Assembly (NCBI GenBank): GCA_024679065.1
Contig: JAGIQG010000002.1
Location: forward strand, 134,416,001 to 134,480,000
Direction of reading: 5' to 3'
DNA length: 64,000 nt
Source of the DNA: Sphyrna mokarran
Lineage: Eukaryota
Notes under the pieces: model-generated
Databases searched by the model: none
Told to the model about the DNA's origin: nothing
Seen by the model: only the letters and a program-made list of their open reading frames with translations
Translations under genes and position numbers: made by a program
Shown here: piece after piece, positions 1 through 12,154 of the stretch
Numbering within the stretch: position 1 is the first letter of the stretch
How the letters are laid out: each line of letters starts with the position of its first letter

Positions 1-74
1 GGTGGACAGAGTGGTGATAAAGGCATTCGGCATGCTTGGTTTCAGCAGTCAGAACATTGAATACAGGAGTATTC

Positions 75-845
75 GATGGGCATTCGGCCCATATCTTTCT
101 ATTCATATTTTACCCATGTAACTAACTAAATGCTTTTAAAAGAAAAAATTGTATCTGCCTCTACTAGCTTGTTCCGTATACTCACCACCCTTTGTGTAAG
201 AAATTGCCCCTCTGACACTTTTGTATCTCTCCCCTCTCATTTTAAATCTATGCTCTCTAGTTTTAGACTCCCCTATCTTTGGGAAAAGATATTGACTACC
301 CAGTTGATCTGTGTCCCTCATTATTTTGTAGGCCTCTATAAGATCACTCCTAAGCCTTCTACGTTCTGGGGAAAAAGTCTCAGTCTGTCCAGCCTCTCCT
401 TATAACTTAAGCCATCAAGTTCCGATAGACTAGTAAATCTTTTCTGCACTCTTTCTAGTTTAATAATATTCTTTCTATAATAGGGTAACCAGAATTGCAC
501 ACAATATTCCACATATGGCCTTACCAATGTCTTGTACAACTTCAACAAGATGTCCCAACTCCTCTATTCAATGTTCTGACTGCTGAAACCAAGCATGCCG
601 AATGCCTTCATCACCACTCTGTCCACCTGTGACTCCACTTTCAATCAGCTATGAACATATACCCCTAGATCTCTCTGTTCTGAACTCTCCCAATGCTCTA
701 CTATTAACTGAGTAAGTTCTGCCCTGGTTCAATCTACCAAAATGCACCACCTCACATTTGTCTAAATTAAACTCTATTTGCCATTTGTCAGCCCACTGGC
801 CTAACCGATCAAAGATCCCATTGCAAATGGAGATAGCTTTCTTCA
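75..845 (-). mobile_element. CR1-clade LINE, degenerate 3' fragment of ORF2
   Basis: ORF-track peptides WADKWQIEFNLDKCEVVHFGR and LYKTLVRPYVEYCVQFW...LERVQKRFT are typical of the CR1 RT C-terminus. Frameshifted. Confidence 0.92.
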
Positions 846-1024
846 CTTACTCCATTGCCTGAACTTTTCACTCATTGGATACATGCAACCAACAAGCACA
901 GAAGCAGGCGGGAAACATGCTTTTGGCCGTAATCGGCCTCAGAGCACAATTTGACACGTGCTAGTCAATTAATGACCAGCTGGGTGAAACTCATGCTAAG
1001 TAAGGCTCAGCACTACTAGGATTG

Positions 1025-1165
1025 CAGAATTCTGACAAAGGGTCATCTAGATTCAAAACATTGGCTCTACTCTCTCTTCACAGACGCTGTCAGACTTGCT
1101 GAGATTTTCCAGCATTTTTCTGTTTTTATTTCAGACTCCAGCATCTGCAATATTTTGCATTTATC
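1025..1165 (+). mobile_element. Penelope-like pseudo-LTR remnant (type 2) with decayed hammerhead
   Basis: CTGACAAAGGGTCATCTAGATTCAAAACATT reads as a CpG-decayed CTGACGA-A-GGGTC..GACTC-GAAACGTT. It is followed by the GCTGTCAGAC..TTCAGACTCCAGCATCTGCA tail shared with copies at 14.2, 39.0 and 42.7 kb. Confidence 0.7.
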
Positions 1166-2873
1166 TTACAATAACACTTTAACTCACTCAACAGAGTTAA
1201 AATCAGTACCTATGTTTCGGCACAATGTAGTTACAATTTCTTTCTCTCTCTTATTTTTCCTGGCAGCATTGAACCAGAGTTAAATGAATGACACGCAAAA
1301 CCAAGAATGATTGTTGATTTCTATTCACGGAATGAGAACTACCTGCTGACAGGCTTTTCCCAGCTGAGAGTTCCAAAATAGTGGTGTGCTGATCCTGAAC
1401 TGTTAATTTAGAATTTGTCTTTAACGGCTAGGGAATTAATTCATTTCTAAAAATGAGTTTCTCAGGGGATCACTTCACACTGAAAAAGTAGTTTGCTTGC
1501 CAGGATTGCTCTCCTTGAAACTGGTTCTTTCATATGAAACTGGATTACTGATATGCTTCAATAATTCAGTTAAAAATAGACACAGCTTCACAGTAACAAT
1601 TTCAATTATTCTACTAAAATTACAGCTTATATATGACAGTTTACTTATCAAATTGAGAATAAATAAAGATACCTACCTGTAAAGAACACCCATGGACAAG
1701 ATTAATTGACCTTCAACTGCTTGGACTACTATGACCAAGTACAAAATATTACTTGCTTATTTTTCCTTTGTCTCCCTTTTTTCCATCCTAATCCAATCTT
1801 TCTCCTCCTCTTCCTGTACCTGGTTTGACTCAAATTCACCCTATTTTGTTCCTATTGGTCCTCTTAAATCTCACTGCTTAAGGAAATGGACTATGATCCC
1901 ACCATTCATCAAGGCCCCAGATTCATTAATGCGCTCACTCCATCGTTTTCAGCTCCCACATCCATCATTTACATGGCAAGCATCTTGCATGCATGGAAGA
2001 CACTTTCTAAATGCAAATTTCTCCTTTGTATCTTAAATTGGCTATCCAAGATGAATACTGGCTTAGGGGAAATAATAATTTCAAAAATAGTGAAAGCATC
2101 AATCCTCAATCAGGCCACAAAATATTACTATTATTAAAGCTACAAGGCCCTGGATGAGTTGCACGTTCAATCCTCAGGCATCTTATTTTGGCTTATTCAA
2201 TACTAAGGATAGGTGCCAGATTTCGCTAGGAAAGAATGTAAAAAGTGCCCTCTAGGCTAAAACAGAGGTTATTTTTCAGTCCCAATAAAGTGTCTATCTG
2301 GCAAAGAGATATACTCTAGTATGAGTCAATACAAACATAGCTTTTAATGATTTAGTCACAGCATGTTAAATGGCTTTATAATAAGGCTCTAATTATCAAT
2401 GCTGTCAACATGGCTTGATTTGGAGCCAAACTCACTCATTTCAATGGTGTAATCTGGTTCACACAAAACAGATTCTAGTTAAACATGGAATCTAATTCTG
2501 ACTCCTTAAAAAGAATGGCATATAAAACTGCAATAATTAAACATTTACTGCACCATTAATACAAAGACGTATTCAATTCATAATATTTGAACATGCAATG
2601 TAGTCATGTGGAAATTTCCATCACTTAACACAATGACCTCACTTATATTCAAATTACAATCCATTGTCTCGTTATGTTACCGAGCCCTTGACTTTCTAAA
2701 AAAAACTTAACTGTTATAAATGAGGTAAACAACTCCAAAACAGTTACAGCAGGTGTTAAAAATAGATCAGATTGTCTCAAATAATCAGTTGTAAACAAAA
2801 CCAAAACTGTGCCAGCTGTGCTTTATTATTAGATAGAAAAGGATTCATCATTCACTTCAGTTCTGTACTTCAG

Positions 2874-3656
2874 AGTAGGAATGAGATAGATAATCTGGTA
2901 AACTGGTGCAGCAACATTAATTTCTCCCTCAATAACAACAAAATGAAGGAGATTGTCATCAACTTCAGGAAGTGGAAAGGAGGACATGCCCCTGTCTACA
3001 TCAAAAGGGACAAAATAGAAAGGATCAAGATCATTAAGTTTTTAGATGTCCAGATCACCAACAACCTGTCCTAGTCCCCCCATGCCGACACAATCGTTAG
3101 GAAAGCTTTAATAACGCCTCTACTTTCTCAGAAGACAAAGGAAATTTGGTATGTCAGCTATGGCTCTCACCAACTCGTACAATGCATCATTGAAAGGATT
3201 CTTTCTAATTATATCACAGCTTGGTATGGCTCCTATTCTGCAAGACTGCAAGGAACTACAAAAAGTTGTGAATGAAGCCCAATCCATCATGTAAACCAGC
3301 CTCCCAACCATTAATTCTGTCTACAGTTCCCACTGCCTCAGCAAAGCAGCTGGCATAATTAAAGACCCCACGCACCCAGGACATTCTCTCTTCCACTTTC
3401 TTCCTTCAGGAAAAAGATACAAAAGTTTGAGATCATGTTCCAACTGACTCAAGAACAGCTTCTTCTCTGCTGCTGTCAGACTTTTGAATAGACTTACCTC
3501 GCACTAAGCTGATCTTTCTCTACACCCTAACTATGACTGTAACTATATATTCTGCACTCTCTTGTTTTTTTTCTCTATGAATGGTATGCTTTTTATAATG
3601 TGCAAGAAATAATACTTTTCACTGTATGTTAATACATGTGACAATAATAAATCAAA
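2874..3656 (+). mobile_element. Rex/Babar-type LINE, 3' fragment
   Basis: Peptide NWCSNINFSLNNNKMKEIVINFRK...FLDVQITNNLS. Ends TGTGACAATAATAAATCAAA. Homologous to 37015-38095. Confidence 0.8.
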
Positions 3657-3889
3657 AAGTTTTTAAAGATTTTGCTGGACTTTTAGTTGGATTTACAATT
3701 TCATGTTTAGGCTTTTAAAGATTTTGTCCAAAAAACTGTTGGAAGTGCAAATTGGTAATTGTAGAGGAAAAGAGCATCAAGGCATTCAATGAATGCTGGG
3801 CCCAAAAAGCTTATCCAAGAAGATTAAATGATTGAAATGAAATAGATGAAGGGCTGAGATGGATAGCAAATTAATTCAATGTCAAATCA

Positions 3890-4163
3890 GGTACAGTAAG
3901 AAGTCTCACAATACCCAGGTTAAAGTCCAACAAGTTTATTTGGAATCATGAGCTTTTGGCACATCAGGTGAGTGGTGAGGTGGGTTCACAAATATGCCAT
4001 ATATTGATAAAAGTAATGAGAGGAATTTGTGAACCCACCTCTCCACTCACCTGATGTAGGAGCAGTGCTTCGAAAGCTTGTGATTCCAAATAAATCTGTT
4101 GGACTTTTAATCTGGTGTGTGAGACTTCTTACTGTACCAACCCCGTCCAACACCAACATCTCC
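3890..4163. mobile_element. Fold-back Penelope-like mini-element (inverted pseudo-LTRs, type 1)
   Basis: Arms of about 100 nt (3890-3993 and 4025-4138) are reverse complements. A hammerhead-like motif lies at 4047-4083. Same sequence as the termini of the GIY-YIG element at 58.3-59.1 kb. Confidence 0.85.
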
Positions 4164-4599
4164 TCATCAAATCAGGTAGAGAAAAGGAAATAAAAATCAG
4201 GGAGAAAAAGATAAAAAGGCACAAAAGCAATTTTAAAAAATTCATGTTAAATCTTCTAAAACTATTCACAACTTGAAGAAGAGCATCAACATTCATAACG
4301 TTTACTTTCCAGGCAAGACAGGATGATTGGGAATCGCTGACAACTATCACAATGTTAAAATGGTATTAATGCTGATAGTTATTAGATTTTGACAACAAGA
4401 GGTTAAGAATTCTACAGCAAACAACTTGCCCCTTGACTCTCCAGAGTCTGTTCGCATCTGTAAGGAAGACAGGAGTGTGATGGCATTTTCCCTAAAAGCC
4501 TGGATAAGTGCAGTTCCAACAACACTCATTAATGTTGACACATCAAAGACAAAGCAGTTGGCTTGATTGGCAATAAATACTGGCAAAGTCAACAACATA

Positions 4600-5005
4600 G
4601 TAAGAAGTTTCACAATACCAAGCCCAACATGTTTATTTGGTAGCAAAAGCCACCAGCTTCCAGAGCACCGTCCCTTCCTCAGGTGACTGGGAATACTATT
4701 GACAAGCAGGGCATATAACTGATAGCCAAGTTCCGCACACACGAGGACGGCCTCAACTGGGACCTTGGGTTCATGTCACACTATCTGTAACCTCCCATGA
4801 CTTACCCAGACTTGCAAAATCTCACTAACTGTCCTGTCTAGAGACAATACACATCTCTCTAACCCATGCTTAACACTCTCTCCACTCACATTTTCTGTAC
4901 TTTAAGACTTGATTACCTGTAAAGACTCACATTCCAATCATTATTTTATAAATTAAGTTTGTGTCTTTATAAGCCCTGTTTGTGAATACAACTCCCACCC
5001 ACCTT
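4600..5005 (+). mobile_element. Penelope-like element 3' fragment with inverted 5' pseudo-LTR
   Basis: Encodes LIAKFRTHEDGLNWDLGFMSHYL*, the GIY-YIG C-terminus (GLN motif), at about 4719-4790. Its 3' UTR is homologous to 58835-59045, and there is an inverted arm at 4600-4717. Confidence 0.85.
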
Positions 5006-5039
5006 ATGTGATGGCCTTGCTGGTAGACTGGAGATTATT

Positions 5040-5041
<2 letters not shown>

Positions 5042-5079
<38 letters not shown>
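5042..5079. repeat. (GT)19 microsatellite
   Basis: Perfect dinucleotide run, read directly. Confidence 0.97.
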
Positions 5080-5082
<3 letters not shown>

Positions 5083-6939
5083 ATAAGAGGCAACGCTATA
5101 CGTTCTGCAACCAGCAATCATCTAGTCTGGTCTGGGGTAAGGGAGGGATTGTACTCATGGTTAGGATGAACTCAAAAATAAATTAGTCATTTCTAGCATA
5201 TACTAAAGGTTTGGAATAATCTGATAGTGGTGTGTTGTGTTGTAAGAGTTTTAGGTTGTCACCCAAATAGCATTCCCCTGCTCTTATTAGAATAGAATAA
5301 TAGTATTAATCAATGTGTTAGGATTTAAGTTGTAGAACTATCCCAGTTTACAGCCAGCTGCAGCAGCATCTTGTGTGAGTGGGAGCCACTACGATGTAGA
5401 ACTGTTCCTGGGTAGCACATCTGCTCAGAAGCACTGATCATGGCTTGGTGATCGTGGTTTCTCTCTATTTCCCCATTCAGACTGCCAAGTGCTCCACAAA
5501 AATATAAAAAAAATTAAACAACAGCCTTCTGTCAGCATGTGCTTCAATTACATCTCACCAGCAAGTGGTTAGTATGGCTGCACACATATTGCTACACAGA
5601 AGAACCCTGTTAACTCAAATGTTTATCTATTAGAAGCAAAAAGTCACTTCATCCTGCTGCAATGAAGCTGAAAACCCACCGCATGAGTTATTTAACATTT
5701 TTTAAAAACTCTTTAATTTACGACAGATAAATTTGTAATTTTTTGCTAAATATTCACCATCCATAGTATGACATACCTTTCTTACATGATTATCTGTGTA
5801 TAAACTCAGTTCTCCATTTAGCAAGCAATACTAACAGGATAAAACAGCTCCTGGGCTTGGAAAGCAAGAAGATTATAGATAGCAACGATCATCGAATATT
5901 AGATGATCCAATTTTGTGGCACCGATGGATTTATACTCAGCATACAGATCAACTTCCCATTTTTCAACTAATAAATACATGTTTAAGGCTACGCTCACAT
6001 TAGGAGCTGACCTCAAATTTTCAGCTTAGAAACACGTTTAGGGTTCTGCTATCAAGGAAATCAGGTTATCAATTAATGTTGGTCTTGTCATACTGACCCA
6101 TGTTTTCAATCAAAATTAAATTTAAGAAGATTTCAGGGCAGCCTCTCAGATTTTTAGCAAACAATTACTTACATCCAGCACAACGCAAAACTCTTGCAAC
6201 TGTGCTCCTCTGGCTCATTGATGTAAATTCCTTAGCTGATCAATGTGAACATTATATTATTTGCCTGATACCTTAATAAAACTTGGCATCTGTTAGGCAA
6301 TCAAGCTAGCTCATTTCTAAATGATACAATGCATCTTCTTAAACGTGCAATTTACTATGTCTTGTTGGGGAACTACCTAGAAGTATTTAATAAAAAAAGA
6401 GAAGAATTATTGCTTTGAGCTGCAAACTATTTTGTGTATTCCACACTTCTCTTAAGACTCAATGCTGCTTTCTTAGAAGTTTCTGTAAACATACTCAACC
6501 TAAAACAAAATAGAGGCTTAGGTCTATCACATTCTTCATAATATAGGAACATGCAAAGCAAGTCATCCTTTGAGCCAAAATTGTCTGAATACCAAGTGCA
6601 AGAATCTCCCACTACACTTCCTCTAGTAGGGTCATTCCTCACAGCAGGATACACTTGGGAGGCTGGATGGGTGGGGTGGGGGAGAAATGGGGACATACAG
6701 AGATGGGCGATGGAGCTCTTTGTCTCAGGACTCTTCCACCTCTGGTCACATCACCTTGCATCCTTTCCCAGAGAACACGTCACTGTATGAAAATCCTTTT
6801 CTGCTTCCTGGCCAGTTGCAGCCATAGAGTTTGCTGGTTGTACCTCCTTCATATAATAATCTTTTTTGAACCAGAATTTGTTTGGACAATAGGCCATTCA
6901 GAACACTGAGCCTGCTCCATCATTCGATTCGATCACTAT

Positions 6940-7266
6940 AGTACAGTGTTAGTGCTGCTGCCTTACAACGCCAGGGACTTGGGTTCGATTCCAGCCTTCA
7001 GTGACTTGTATGTGCAGATGCACATTTTCCCAGTGTGTATGTGGGTTTCCTCTGCGTGCACCTATTTCCTCCCAAAGTCCAAAGATGTGCAAGTTAGGAG
7101 ATTGGCCATGCCAAATTGACCCTTAGTGTGTAGGTTAGGGGGATTAGTAGGGTAAATATGTAGGGTTACAGAATCAGGACCTGGATGGTATGGTCTGCCA
7201 GACAGTCAGTGCAGACTTGACAGGCCAAGTGGCCTCTTTCTGCATTATAGAGATTCTATGATTCTA
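6940..7266 (+). mobile_element. HE1/V-SINE-like tRNA-derived SINE
   Basis: B-box GGTTCGATTCC, central domain GTGGGTTTCCTC..TTCCTCCCA..TCCAAAGATGTGC, and a (GATTCTAT)n CR1-type tail. Confidence 0.85.
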
Positions 7267-7268
7267 TG

Positions 7269-7331
7269 GCTGATCATCTACCACAATACCACTTTCCTGC
7301 TGATCATCTACCACAATACCACTTTCCTGCT
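7269..7331. repeat. Perfect 30-bp tandem duplication
   Basis: GCTGATCATCTACCACAATACCACTTTCCT occurs twice, immediately after the SINE tail. Confidence 0.95.
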
Positions 7332-7692
7332 CTATCTCCATATCCCTTGGCATCATTAGTCTTTTAAACACGTTCAACTCTCTGGGATGGAGAGTTTCAA
7401 AAAAATCACCAAGCTTTGAGTGAAGAAATCCCTCTTTATCTCGGTCTTAAATGACTTGCCTCTTATTCTGAGACTATCTTACCTTGTTTTAGATTCACCA
7501 GCAAGGAACAAACTCAAGGGAATACAGACCCAGTCTCCCCAGTCTCTCCTCATAAAACAATTCCAGGGTCAAATCTGGTGAATCTCTGTTGCACTCCCTC
7601 TGACATATAATGTACGTAAGAGTAATATCCTTAAGAATGAAAACAGTTTGGATTCTTGACATTAAATCTTTATAATTTAAAAATAAACTTAC

Positions 7693-7811
7693 ATTTCTGT
7701 CCTTTGACATAGTTCTCTCTGCAGTTCTGCATTAGTTGTAGGATCCATTTGTGTTGAGCCATGATACACTGCCAGGCAGGGTCACCTGATGCGTGTAGAT
7801 CGGATAGATAT
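7693..7811 (-). CDS. EXOC2: EXOC2 coding exon (119 nt; equivalent to human exon 11)
   Basis: Translates [39 protein letters not shown]. Acceptor GACTACAG, donor GTAAGT. Frame is continuous with the upstream exon. Confidence 0.98.
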
Positions 7812-9289
7812 CTGTAGTCAATGTCAAAATAATGATTAACATCAATGGTAAACTGCAAAACAAAGAATACAGTTTTATAGCTGATTGTTTATTCATTTAT
7901 CTTACTGCTAATTTTGTCGTAACTTCACTCATTACTGGATATAATTCCAAGGAACCTGCCGCACTTATCTCCCCCAAGTGACCATTCATCTTGTCACATC
8001 AGTCATATTGAAAATTTTTCTTACCCACAATGCTATTAATGGCTCAGACAGCTCTTGCTCTAATCTGAGATCAGCAAGAATTCACAACAGGGGTTATGAA
8101 AAAACTATCAGACGTGAGCACCCTGATCTATTTTCCCCTACATAAATTGAGGGGCACTGCCGCAAATTCTGGTGTTCCAATTTCTATGATAGCTGATATC
8201 AGCTAGTACTGCTCAGATGGCTGGATCAGCTAGTTGTTATGAGGAGAACCCCCAGGGGGAAGCAATACATTTTAATCACTGCGTCAAAATCCTGGAATTC
8301 CATCCCTAACAGAACTATGGGTATACCAACACTTCAGGGGCTGCAGCAGTTCAAGAAGGCAGCTAACCACCACCTTCCTAATTAGGGATGAACAAAAAAT
8401 GCTGACCTAGTCAGGGTTGCCCATGTGCCATACATACATTTGTTAAATCCAGTTCTCTTCCCACCATCACTATTATTCACTTGTAAGTCATTTTTTTAAT
8501 TATCCATAACATTGTCTGGCTTGACCAAGACATCATATGAAACTGCTTTAGACTCTCATGCATGGGTGGGTGGTGAAAACATGTTTACTTTGCTCCCAGC
8601 TACTGTTTCCGGGCAGAACAAGGTTGCTCAAATTCTGGTGTCCAATCTGATTTTTAGTTGAGTTTCCAATCCCAAAAGCAATTCAACAACAACTTTCAAA
8701 ATGAGTTGAATATATGACTTTATTCCAACCACTTCCTATCCCTTGAAAAATTGTAAAGTCAATCCAGCATTTGGAAGTACAAGGATCTCAGTGTTCTCTT
8801 AGAGTTTCCAGCTGCAACCTTGTGGGTACATGAGTGTATATTTTTCTCTCTCCCTTTTACTGATATGATGTTGTGGCCATTATATTGCTGAATGAGTAAA
8901 TTCAGAAGCCGGGACTAATAAACCAGCTTGCCACTTTGAGAATTTTAATTGGTTTAGATAACAGGCAAAATAATCTAGGAGGAGGGTTTTTTCACACAAC
9001 AAATTGTGACGATCTGGAATTCAATGCTTGAAAGAGCAATGGAAGGAGATTCCAATCTCTAAACTTTCAAAAAGGAAAATACATACATACTTGAAAAGGA
9101 TTGCAGGGTGACATAGTAACAGCAGGGCTGTGTGACTAAATGGATAACTTAAAGAGCCACAAGCATTATAATGAGACAAATAAGCTCCTTCAGGACTTTT
9201 TACAAGCTCTGTACTAGTCAATAAATCTGGATTTGAGCCAATGAACAACCACAAGAAAAACAAGTAAGTAACAGAAAATGCTGAAGTAA

Positions 9290-10570
9290 ACAGCATGTCA
9301 GTCAGTGCCTTGATATATTTCAGGAAAAATGTATTGCTCCTTAATCATTACAGTTATAACATTGGCACCTACCCAACTATGTGGAAAATTGCCCAGTTAT
9401 ATCTTATCCACAACAAGCAGGACCAATCCAGTTTGGCCAATTACAGCTCCCATAAGTCTACTCTCAATTAGCAGTCAAGTGATGGGTGTCTTTTACAGTA
9501 CTATCATTTGGCACATTATTTCAACCACCCAGAAGAACACGGATACAGCCATATAGGATGACTTGCAAGATCCCCTCAAAGTCACACACCAGCCTAACTT
9601 GAAAACATATTGCCATTCCTTCATTGTTGCTGTGTCAAAATCCAGGAACTCCTTACAGCACTGTGTGTCAGCCTACACCACATGGGTCAGCAGAGGCTCA
9701 AGAAGGCAGTACATCACCTTCTCAAGACTAATTAGGAATGGACAAATAATTCAGCCCTTGACAGCGCACTCATATTCTACAAATGGATAACAAGATGTAA
9801 AACTGAAACCTAAGCAAGTATTTTAGAAGAATAAAGAAACGAGTAAAAGAGTGGAAAAAACACAAAGTTCAAACTCAAAGAGGAAGTCAGTGGCTTGAAC
9901 TACCTGCCTATAGTTTTAAGTGTTTCCATTTTCATTAGGGAAAAACTCTCCATTGGTTGGAGTATCATCTAGCACAAAGGAAGATAATTCTGGTAGATGA
10001 AGGTCAATGATCTAGTCTCAAGACACCATTGCAGGAGTCAGTCAGGGTAGTGTCCAAAGCTCAACCAGCTGCTTCATCAATGACCTTCTCTCCATCATAA
10101 CGGCAAAAGTGGGAATGTTTGCTGACGATTATACAATATTCAGCATCACTTGCGATCTCTCAGGTACTGAAACAATCCATGTCTAAGATGTGGACAAAAG
10201 CTAGGCTTGGACTGGCAAGCGACAACTAAGATTTGCACCACAAAAGTTCCTGGCAATGACCATCTCCAACAAAAGAGAAGCCAACCATCTACCTTTGACA
10301 TTCAATGGCATTATCATCGACTGAATCCACCACGATCAACATCTTAGGGGTTATCACTGACCAGAAACTGGAACAGCTATATCAATACTGTTCCTACAAG
10401 AATAGGTCAGAGACTGAGAATTCTGCAATGAATAACACGCCTTCTGACTCCCCAAAGCCTGCCCACCACCTACAAAGCACAAGTTAAGAGTGTGACAGAA
10501 TACTCTTTACTTGTCTTGATGAGTACAGTTTATGAATACTTAAGAAGCGCAATACCATCCAGGACAAAGC
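9290..10570 (+). mobile_element. Degenerate fragments of a second LINE family (CR1/L2 group, called family B here); continues at 12155-12500
   Basis: RT remnants (NP..Y.PISLLSI.S.VM, MFADD, TPQSL.TIYKAQV.S..EYS). 3' tail GGGCAATAAATGCTGGCC-like. Homologous pieces at 8270-8440, 13570-14150, 16480-16880, 18755-19262 and 44190-44745. Confidence 0.75.
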
Positions 10571-10571
10571 G

Positions 10572-12150
10572 CAAAGAACACAAAGAACACAAAGAACAAA
10601 ACAGCACAGGAAACAGGCCCTTCAGTCCAATGAGCCCACGCCGCCACCTCGATGTTCCCACTTCTACCCCAATCCTTGTCTATGTTTATAGATCTATGGA
10701 TTGAAACCAAATTTGAAATAATTTAGGGAGAATTTGTTCTGCCAATTAGCCTAAAAGCACATCTTTGGGATGCGGGAGGAAACCGGAGCACCCGGAGAAA
10801 ACCCACGCAAGCACGGGGAGAATGCGCAAACTCCCACAGACACAGGCCCAATCCATGTATCTGCACAGTACAGCAATAGTCACTGAGCTGTCGTATTGCC
10901 CATCAAATGGTCCAGGTCAAGTGTACACTAACGACATGAAACACTAGGATACTCTTGAAAAATCCAAGAGCAGCCCTCTCACGACCCATCGCGTGTGTGC
11001 CCCTTGTTAGACAACAAGGTGGACCAAAGCACCTGTAGGATAAAAACAAGTACATCAATATCATCATCTATTTACACACTTCCCAGGGACTCCCAAGGCT
11101 CATGATCCCTATTTTAAATCAGTTTTCTATACTCCTCCATTCCCATTCTGTTCACGTGCCCATCTAAGTATCTCTTAAATAACTCCAGAGTGCCTGCCTC
11201 CACCACTTTACTTAGCAGCGCATTCCATACTCCCACCACCCTCTGTGTGAAAAAACTCCCTCTAGCATCTTACCCGCCTCACCCTGTGACCCCTTGTGCT
11301 ATTTGAGCCCATCCTAGGAAAAGCTTAACCCTGTTTATCTATACCCCTCACAAACTAGTACACCTCTTATTAGATCTCCTCTAAGTCTACGACTTTCTAA
11401 GGAAAACAGCCCCAATTTGCCTAACCTCTCCTCGTAACTCAGACCTTCCATACCAGGCAGCATCCTGGTAGACATCCTCTGCACTTCCTCCAGAATCTCC
11501 ACGCCCTTCTGGTAGTAAGGCGATCAGAACTGGACGCAGTATTCCAAAGGAGGTCTAACCAACGTTTTATACAACTGCAACATTAAAGGCCAGCTCTTGT
11601 ACTCTATACCCCTTCCTATAAAGGCTACAATACCATACGCTTTCTTCACAACCTTTTCCACCCACTCTGCCACCTTCAGAGACTTGTGCACCTGCACCCC
11701 CAGGTCCCTCTGCATTTCTATACTCTTAACAGGTCTACTCTTTATCATATACCTCCCCACTATATTCTTTCTCCCGAAATGCATCACCTCGCATTTATCA
11801 GGATTGAATTCCATCTGCCATCTATTTGCCCAAGCTACCAGCCAATGTCCTGCTGCATTGCCTGACAATGCTCCTCACTATCTGCAAGTCCAGCTATCTT
11901 TGTATCGTCTGCAAACTTGCTGATCACTCCACTTAATTCCTCTTCCAAGTCATTAATATATATTACAAATAGAAGAGGTCCCAGAACCGAGCTCTGCAGC
12001 ACACCACTAGTGACCGACCTCCAGCTAGAAAAACACCCTTCCATTATTACTCTCTGTCTCCTATTACCAAGCCAGTTACTCATCCATCTAGCTACCTGTC
12101 CTTGTATCCCATTAGCCTTGACCTTTTCAACTAACCTCCCATGAGGGACT
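10572..12150 (-). mobile_element. CR1 LINE with a long 3' region containing a V-SINE-like domain, nested in the family-B LINE
   Basis: Peptides SGVLQSSVLGPLLFVIYINDL..ISKFADDTK and WQMEFNPDKCEVMHFG. Tail (TGTTCTTTG)n at 10573-10600. The host reads CAGGACAAAGC on the left and resumes near AGTCGCCTGACTGGC at about 12158. Confidence 0.88.
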
Positions 12151-12154
12151 TCAA

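Larger units (their letters stand above)
6890..7600 (-). mobile_element. CR1 LINE 3' fragment interrupted by a SINE
   Basis: YEERLGRLGLYSLEF motif at about 7.5 kb. The tail ...GATCA|TGGCTGATC is split by the SINE at 6940-7266. Confidence 0.8.

Noticed and set aside
3890-4163. Long hairpins as miRNA genes or classic MITEs
   Set aside because: The arms match the pseudo-LTRs of a GIY-YIG Penelope-like element and contain hammerhead motifs. No known miRNA was recognised.
4047-4686. Active hammerheads at 4047-4083 and 4651-4686
   Set aside because: Core substitutions (CTGATGT in the first; GGAA and a G at the cleavage position in the second) predict inactivity.
6427-6696. Minus ORF ending ALSLKRSVE as the next EXOC2 exon (human ASLKRGSSF)
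   Set aside because: Only a 4-residue match, with no further similarity and no suitable donor. The next exon is probably left of the window or too diverged to see.
7269-7331. CRISPR-like repeat or functional array
   Set aside because: Two adjacent 30-bp units with no spacer, in eukaryotic TE sequence. A simple slippage duplication.
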